Origin: Amoebidium appalachense
Taxonomy: Eukaryota; Protista; Ichthyosporea
Assembly (NCBI GenBank): GCA_963693365.1
Contig: CAVNZM010000006.1
Location: forward strand, 744,001-808,000
Direction: 5' to 3'
DNA: 64,000 bases
Shown piece after piece: positions 57,367 through 64,000 of the stretch; position 1 is the stretch's first letter; every line of letters begins with the position of its first letter. Position numbers and translations under genes: made by a program. The notes beneath the pieces are model-generated. The model ran no database searches, had not been told where the DNA came from, and worked only from the letters and a program-made list of their open reading frames with translations.

Positions 57367-59016
57367 ATGCAGTCCACACAAACACCATGCACGCCTCGCG
57401 CAAACGAGAATAGAAGCGAGATTCGTTGCAATGATGACGCGACGAGCCGAAATGAATCAACCACAATCCATCCGCCAAACAAAGCAGCAACGGCAACAGA
57501 CAGTCGCTGGACCTCACGTTGCAGACAAGCTAGCCGGCTATTTAGTAAAGATAGCGACGCCAGCTGTGTATCGACTGTGAACATCACATCTGCAATGCCA
57601 ACCGGTTCAATACTAGACAACACCAAAAAGAGCCAAACCACGTCGATCCAATCACTAGGAGGTGTATGCACGTCAAGCAAACATGCGCTTGGCCCCCGTC
57701 CTACACGTGCCGTGCAGGGCATGCTCATGGGCCCAGCAAACACAGAGCGCCTACTTCGGCGACGGTTGGTTCTAGTGGCTCTATGGGCTGCGTCAACTGC
57801 ATTTGTGGCCGCGGGTATTGCAGGTCTTGGGGTAGCCTACATGCACAGCGCGCACACACCACGTATACGCACACAACCAATGCAGGAGGGAGAGGAAAGC
57901 ACATCCCACCCTGTGCTGGTGCTGGCCTGCTTGTATGTGGGTGCGGGTGCCCTGTCTTTGATACTGTGGGTGGTGGCCCAGTTATGGGTCATGGGCCACA
58001 ACCGCAAGGGTGACCTAAAACCGAGCAAACACCTGCCGGGGGGCCTCCTAGCCACCGTGTGTGGTGCATACACCCTTCTACTCCTCCACACGGCATGGCT
58101 ACTCGCCATCGAATCCGGATATATTCCTTCAGCCGTGTGGTCTGTCCCACCCGTCTTCATCCTTACCGTGATTTTACCTCAGCGCGTGGCTCTTCCTCTG
58201 GCCGTTGCACCAATCACCGTGCTGGTCATGCGAATCATGTTGCTCTACTATGGATACCCCGTGCTATGGCCCAAACCAAGATGGGCACTGTGCAACAACC
58301 ATATCAGCCGTATGCTCGCTCGACGACGTGTGGTATTTCTCGGCATATTTCTGCTCCTTGTACCCTATTTGGGCCTGTTGGTGTTGGATTTTTACGAGTA
58401 TGCGACAAGACACCTCGGCGGATACCTCTTGGGTGGCGCAGACGCGCTAGCAGCACTGACGTTTGACATGCTACTTGTGGGTGTACAGCTTTGGACTACC
58501 GGCTGTCTGTGCATTATCAGAGACTACCTAAGACACCTCGACATGGACCAGACCACCCTGCTGCTGATGCTCACACTGTGCAGCACGGTACACGTGGTGG
58601 GTGACTATTTGTGCAAGTGGACACCCCTCGGGGACCTACTCTGGCCCCGGTTTATTCTGTTTTTCCTGCTGTGTGCCCAGACAGCAATGGGTGTAGGGTA
58701 TGTTTACGGTAGTTTCCGTCAAATAGCGCGAACACCGCGCGTCACTTTGGACTCTTCGGGGTCTGCAACCTGTGTAGTTGACGACCAATCAATGGACAGC
58801 GTCGATAGGAGGTTCCTTCAGGCACGCACAATGATGCGAGCCAGTTTTAAGAGGATGCAGCGCAGTAGCGTGCGGGGTATACCACGTGGGTGGCCTGGTA
58901 TGGGCGGTCCGGTGAATGGCAATCGCAAACCGGACACAACGACTACAACGGTTATCCATATTGAGCCAAGCGCAGCCATGAGCACCACGGAAAGTTTTAC
59001 AAGTATCCCTGTGTAG
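57367..59016 (+). CDS. Intronless multi-pass membrane protein (8-9 hydrophobic helices, possibly 7TM receptor-like)
   Basis: 549-aa open frame with a Ser/Thr-rich N-terminus, 8-9 hydrophobic segments and a Ser/Thr/Arg-rich C-tail. Family not recognised. Confidence 0.75.
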   Translation: MQSTQTPCTPRANENRSEIRCNDDATSRNESTTIHPPNKAATATDSRWTSRCRQASRLFSKDSDASCVSTVNITSAMPTGSILDNTKKSQTTSIQSLGGVCTSSKHALGPRPTRAVQGMLMGPANTERLLRRRLVLVALWAASTAFVAAGIAGLGVAYMHSAHTPRIRTQPMQEGEESTSHPVLVLACLYVGAGALSLILWVVAQLWVMGHNRKGDLKPSKHLPGGLLATVCGAYTLLLLHTAWLLAIESGYIPSAVWSVPPVFILTVILPQRVALPLAVAPITVLVMRIMLLYYGYPVLWPKPRWALCNNHISRMLARRRVVFLGIFLLLVPYLGLLVLDFYEYATRHLGGYLLGGADALAALTFDMLLVGVQLWTTGCLCIIRDYLRHLDMDQTTLLLMLTLCSTVHVVGDYLCKWTPLGDLLWPRFILFFLLCAQTAMGVGYVYGSFRQIARTPRVTLDSSGSATCVVDDQSMDSVDRRFLQARTMMRASFKRMQRSSVRGIPRGWPGMGGPVNGNRKPDTTTTTVIHIEPSAAMSTTESFTSIPV

Positions 59017-59825
59017 TGTGGGCTACCCTCGTCGATGTGGTTGGTATACAGAAAAAAATAACTGAGACAAACAGCAGGTTACGCGGATACAAACATACTA
59101 CTTTGTGATACAAGAATAGAAATAGCAGTACATAGGTTAGGTTTGTATAGTAGCAGGTCGACACACACACACACACACAAACACAAACACACACTAATCT
59201 TATGCTAAGTTTAACTTACTTGCTTTGTTGTTGTAATGATTCGACAAAAGCTAGGGGTTTAATCATGCCTCTTCAATAATGTTGGTGTTTGTCTCACGAA
59301 TTGTGCCGACATGTTAAAATGCATTGAGCCGGTGGGGTGGAGATATACCCCTGAGTGTACCGTTGAGGGTTGCCGTTTTGACATACGCTTTCGTAATTTG
59401 AATGGACTCTTAAAAGTTGCGAAATCAATGATTGTGATAGAACAAGATAGAGGGGGGGCAGGTTATGAGCCGGTCCGGACTATACAGGCAGCGCTGAGAC
59501 GGACTTGAAATCAAACTCTACAACTCAGATAATAGCACATACGTAGCTGGTTATCTCCATGGTGGACCACCACCGTATTTTTAGATGATCATTTGCAGGG
59601 TTTAATAGGTTGTATGCCGTTTGTATCTGATGCAGAATGGCCTCCCTCCCCTCCCCCCTTCCCCCCCGCCCCCTGGTGCACGCCAGGCTGGTGTGGCCGG
59701 CCTCCGGCCCCTATTGCGGCATGGCGTTTGCAGCCCTCCGAGTGCGCTGGGCTCCCTGTTCCCAAATACATGGTGCACCAGAAGCGCGCCATGCATGACA
59801 ACACTCGAGGCTTATCAAACCCCCC

Positions 59826-59859
<34 letters not shown>

Positions 59860-60231
59860 GAGCCTCGGAGTCGAGTGGTGACTGCGGCATGATGGGCACC
59901 AGTCATCCAGGGGCGACTGAGCTCAAACCAATCTAATCGCAGGAAAATTAAACATATAAAGAAAATATACACCCTAATAAGGCAACTGTAAACACTCAGA
60001 AGCATTCCATGAGCCAGCCTTTGGAATGTTGACTTAAAAGTTTGACGGACACACTGTCGCCGACAGAGTCGGAACCCTAGGCGAGGTGACTTACTTGTCC
60101 AGTTGCACTTCGAAGCCACATTAGAACATATGTAGGTCGCCTAACTCCGCAAAGCTCACCGTGGCACACGCCAAAGCACACAAAACATACGCACACACGC
60201 ACACACGCACACACACACAGATTGAGAGAAA

Positions 60232-63200
60232 ATGGCACCCGTCGGCGACCTACTGCAGCTGGTAAGCGGGCAGGGGGCCGTAGGCACCGAGTGTCTGCAG
60301 ACACTCAGACGGATACTGGGCAACATAGTGGCCAACCCTAACGAGGACAAGTATAGGTCTGTGCGTGTGGATAACGCCACAGTCAAGAGGAACATCGTGG
60401 ATGTGAAGGGCGCAGTGGACTTACTGGTGGCAGTGGGGTTTGAAAAGGTGAGGGGGAGGGGAAGCACCAGGGGAGAGGGGGGGAGGGAAGAGGGGATGCA
60501 GGGGAGAAGGGAGGGATGGAGGGAGGGGGGCGGGGGGGGAAAGTTTGAAGGACAGGGGAAGTGGAGCAAGTAGTGGTGTAGATGTCCGTGTTGTAGAGTG
60601 ATTGGGCCGGATCTAGGGTGTGCGGATGGGTGGATGGGTGGGTGGATCTTGGTGAGGGGACGAGGGGGGGGGGGGGGGGGGGGGGGGGAGGGGGCGGCGG
60701 CCGGGGGGAGAGGGGGGGGGGGCGGGGAGGAGGGGGGTGATCCCGCGTGCGTGTGCGTATGTGTGTCAAGGAGTAGCCGTGGTGAGGGGAGAGAGAATGG
60801 GAAAAATGGCTACGTTGGGAGACCCATGTAAGGAAGGGTTGTCCGCATCTGCAGCTATGCCTAGGGGCTGCTCCTTTTAGATCCTGCAAGTGCACATTTG
60901 CTGTTTGAGTGTCGGTTACGTTGCAGTAACTTGTGGTGGATTCAAATTTTACGAGGAGACAACCTGGGTTGAAGGAAACTAAAGGTTTAACAAGTAGGAG
61001 GGAGGTGTGTGTGTGTGTGTGTGTGTGTGGAGGGGAGGGAGGCGGGGAGATAGAATTGGACGAGGAAGTGCTGCAGGCCAGACAGAAAACCTGTTAGCTG
61101 CTTTTGGTGTGTCCCCCCCGCCCCCCCCCCTCCCCCCCGCCTTCCGTATGTGCGTGTGCCTGTGTGTGTGTTTGTGTCTGTGTGTGTGTGTGGTGGTTGG
61201 CGGCGGCATGGGGGGAGGGGGAGGGGGTAGGGGGGGCCGAAGATGGGGAGGGGGGAAGGGAGAGGAGGGGAAGGGGAGGGGGGAGCACGACTTATTTTGC
61301 ACAAAGTGAGTAGGGGTGGAAGGACAAGGATCGAAGGTGTGTGTGTGTGTGTGCAAGTTGGCAGGCGTGCTTGTGTGCTGACGGTGGGCTGGGCCAGGTT
61401 GGGGACAGACTGGTGCTGGGCCCGCAGACTGACCTTGAAAGGGTTAAGACGGCCCTGGCACACATAGAGTATGTGGCCTCTCTCCCCCCCCCCCCCCTCC
61501 CCCTCCCGCACTCCCCTGACCCTCCCCTCTTCCCCCCCCCCCTCCCCCCCCCCCCCCCGCGCTTCCCCGCGCTTCCCCCGCCCCCCCCCTCCCCCCACCC
61601 CCCCCCCCCCCCTCTCCAAAAAATAAAAACGACCAATGAGCAACAAAATGATAAAGGGGAAAGAGAAAAGAAAATGAGGGAGAATTATAGGATGAGAGAT
61701 CCTAGCTGTGTTTGTGTGTCTCTGTGTGTGTGTGTGCATGCCTTTGGGTGGGATGTGTGTGTGTCGTGTTTGTCCGTGTGTGTTATTGTTTGTGTTTGTG
61801 TATGTTGTGTGTGTGTGGTTGTGTGTGGTTGGGGAAGGGGATAGAGCTATATGTAGGTTCCCTTAAAATCATTTAAAGTTTTCACCACATTCATGGCTGG
61901 GAAAAGCGTCTCTCGCTCTTTTGCTGCATGCTCGCATAAGTAACCTTGTGTATTGCTGACTGGGGCCTGTGAATCCCACACATTTAGTTCTTGGGAGCGT
62001 TGCAGGTGGGTTTTGCGCGGGAGGTGTGTGTGGGTGGAACTTACATGGCGAATGGCCTGGTCCCTCTTGAGGATGTTGTTTGTGTTAAGTTTGGGGTGGT
62101 AGATTACTTAATCTTGTTTTTTTTTGAATTCGTACTGTTTACCACTGTTTTTCATAACAACCCCCCCCTCACCCCCCCTCGCCCCCGGAACCTCAAGAGG
62201 TGCACTCTGGTTCCTACTTTGATCGATTTTACTTGGGAAGGAATTAACATCTGGCATACCAATTGGGCCTCCCCCCTCCTCCCCCCCCCCCCCCCTCCCC
62301 CCCCCCCCCCCTCCCCCTTCCCCCCCCCCCCAAAAAAAAAATAAAAAAAAATGATTTTTCTTGCCCGTGACACTTACCTTCACTTAAAGTGTACGTAACA
62401 CACACCCTCTCGCCCTTTTCCTCTTGGGCCATTCCATAATAGCTAATTCACCCCAAACCACACCCACCCACCCAAATGCCCCTACCTCCCCCCCCCCCCC
62501 CCCCCCGTTTGCCCCCCTGCCCCTCCCCCCAACACACACACACACACACACACCGACCGACCCCCCCCCCCCCCCCCCCCCCACATCCACTCTCCCTCCC
62601 CCCTCCCCCCTCCCCCCTCCCCGCCCCTCCCCTCCATCCACCCACCCACACACCCACCCACACACCCTTCCCCACCCCTCCCCCCACCCACCCACCCATT
62701 CACCGACCACCCACCCACACAGATCCCAACTTGCTCCAGCAAGCACCAGCACCCCCCCACCCTCCACCTCCACCGCCTCTGGGCCGTCTGTCCCCCGACC
62801 CCCTGTTGATGTGCGGAGCCGTAGCGACCCGGCAGCCATCAGCAAACACCAATCATTGGTGGCGGTGATGAAGAGCAACTGTGCACTGGTTTATGACTAT
62901 GAGGATAAGGCACTGCAGGTGGGTGTGGGTGGGGGTAGATGGGAGTAGATGGGGGTAAATGGGGGTAAATGGTAATAAAAGGGAATGGAAGAGTTCGGAA
63001 GGGATTAGAGGTGGGTAGAGAGGGGCAGAAGGGATTAGAAGTGGTTGGAGGGATGTAGAAACGCGTGAAAAAGACGAGAAGGGGATAGAACGGATGGGAG
63101 GGGATAGAAGGGAATATGGGGGGATCATAAGGGGATCGAGGTAATCTAAGGGAATGGGAATATGAGAGTGAGAATTCTCATACGGGGATTTGGGGGGCCG

Positions 63201-63397
63201 GGGGGGGGGGGGGGGGGGAGGGGAGGGGGTGCGCAGTGCCTGTGAGTGCAGCCAGGGATTGGAGTATGCCAGCAGGGGAAAAATGCATATGTTCGTGAGC
63301 GACATACGGGGCAACATGGCGGGTTTACATTTTGTTTGTGTGTGTGTGTGCGGGCATGCAGGTGGGCTGGCGGGCCGACAGGCCGGCGTGTTTGTTT

Positions 63398-63428
<31 letters not shown>

Positions 63429-63733
63429 TTTGAAGGAAGCAGCAACAAGAATCGGATTGTGCGCAAGTGAGGAGAGAGCTCTGAGCTGGTGGGCAGAATG
63501 TGCTGCCTGCCTGTGTGCTGTGTGCCTGTGTGCCTGTGTGCCTGTGTGCCTGTGTGTATGTCTGCCTGTGTGCCTGTGTCCCTGTGTGTTCACAGCACAT
63601 GCATGCATGGTCATAGTCAATCTCTGTGTATCCCCCTGACCCCTTTATGTTAGGATGCAGCAAGACGCTGTGTGCCGACCTTTGCACTTGCAAAAAAAGC
63701 TACTGCAGAGCTGCATGAAGATACAGACCTCAG
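60232..63733 (+). CDS. NGLY1: Peptide:N-glycanase with N-terminal PUB domain, 5' partial (continues past the window)
   Basis: Exons 60232-60447, 61398-61468, 62723-62918, 63654-63733 in phase. PUB domain TLRRILGNIVANPNEDKYRSVRVDN...GAVDLLVAVGF, followed by SNCALVYDYEDKALQDAARRCVP, matching the start of the PNGase core (VxxYExxxLQxxAxxxIP). Confidence 0.85.
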
Positions 63734-63740
63734 GTGCTTT

Positions 63741-63775
<35 letters not shown>

Positions 63776-64000
63776 TTCCCCCCCATGGCAGATGTTGCAT
63801 ACTTGAATGTTTGCCTTTGCATGTGTCCTGCACCATGTTTCTCGTCGTGTATAAGTACTTTGTACCGTGTTCCGGATTCAACCCCCCCCCCCCCCCCCCC
63901 CCCCGCCCCTCTTGCTCCTCACCACCACGACCACCACCACCATGACTACCAACCCAACTCTTAAGCCCCCACCCCCACCTCCCATGCTCCCATTCATGAA

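Overview
Eukaryotic nuclear DNA from an intron-rich genome whose introns are full of (GT/CA)n, (GA)n and poly-C/poly-G tracts. Most ORFs in the supplied track are artefacts of these repeats. The gene set looks animal-like; a unicellular holozoan such as an ichthyosporean is a guess, not shown. Hand-splicing at GT-AG sites gives: an intronless MPPE1/Cdc1-like metallophosphoesterase; an unrecognised ~8-exon minus-strand gene under an E2F/CCAAT-type promoter; a 2-exon RGS protein; an intronless 402-aa ORF with a Ty3/Gypsy Gag capsid-like core and no pol or LTR; a 14-exon TBL2; a DUF1769 protein; a NUSAP1 homologue; tRNA-Val(CAC); SCNM1; a multi-pass membrane orphan; and the 5' part of NGLY1. Mobile DNA: a 3.5-kb decayed hAT transposon with intact TIRs and an 8-bp TSD, a TA-flanked MITE nested in it, a tRNA-like Pol III relic, and a dispersed intronic repeat. 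Best leads: the possible domesticated Gag gene, the repeat-bracketed introns lacking pyrimidine tracts, the hidden E2F-type gene, the NUSAP1 homologue, and a speculative spliced-leader-like 50-bp triplet. All homology calls are by eye and no database searches were run.
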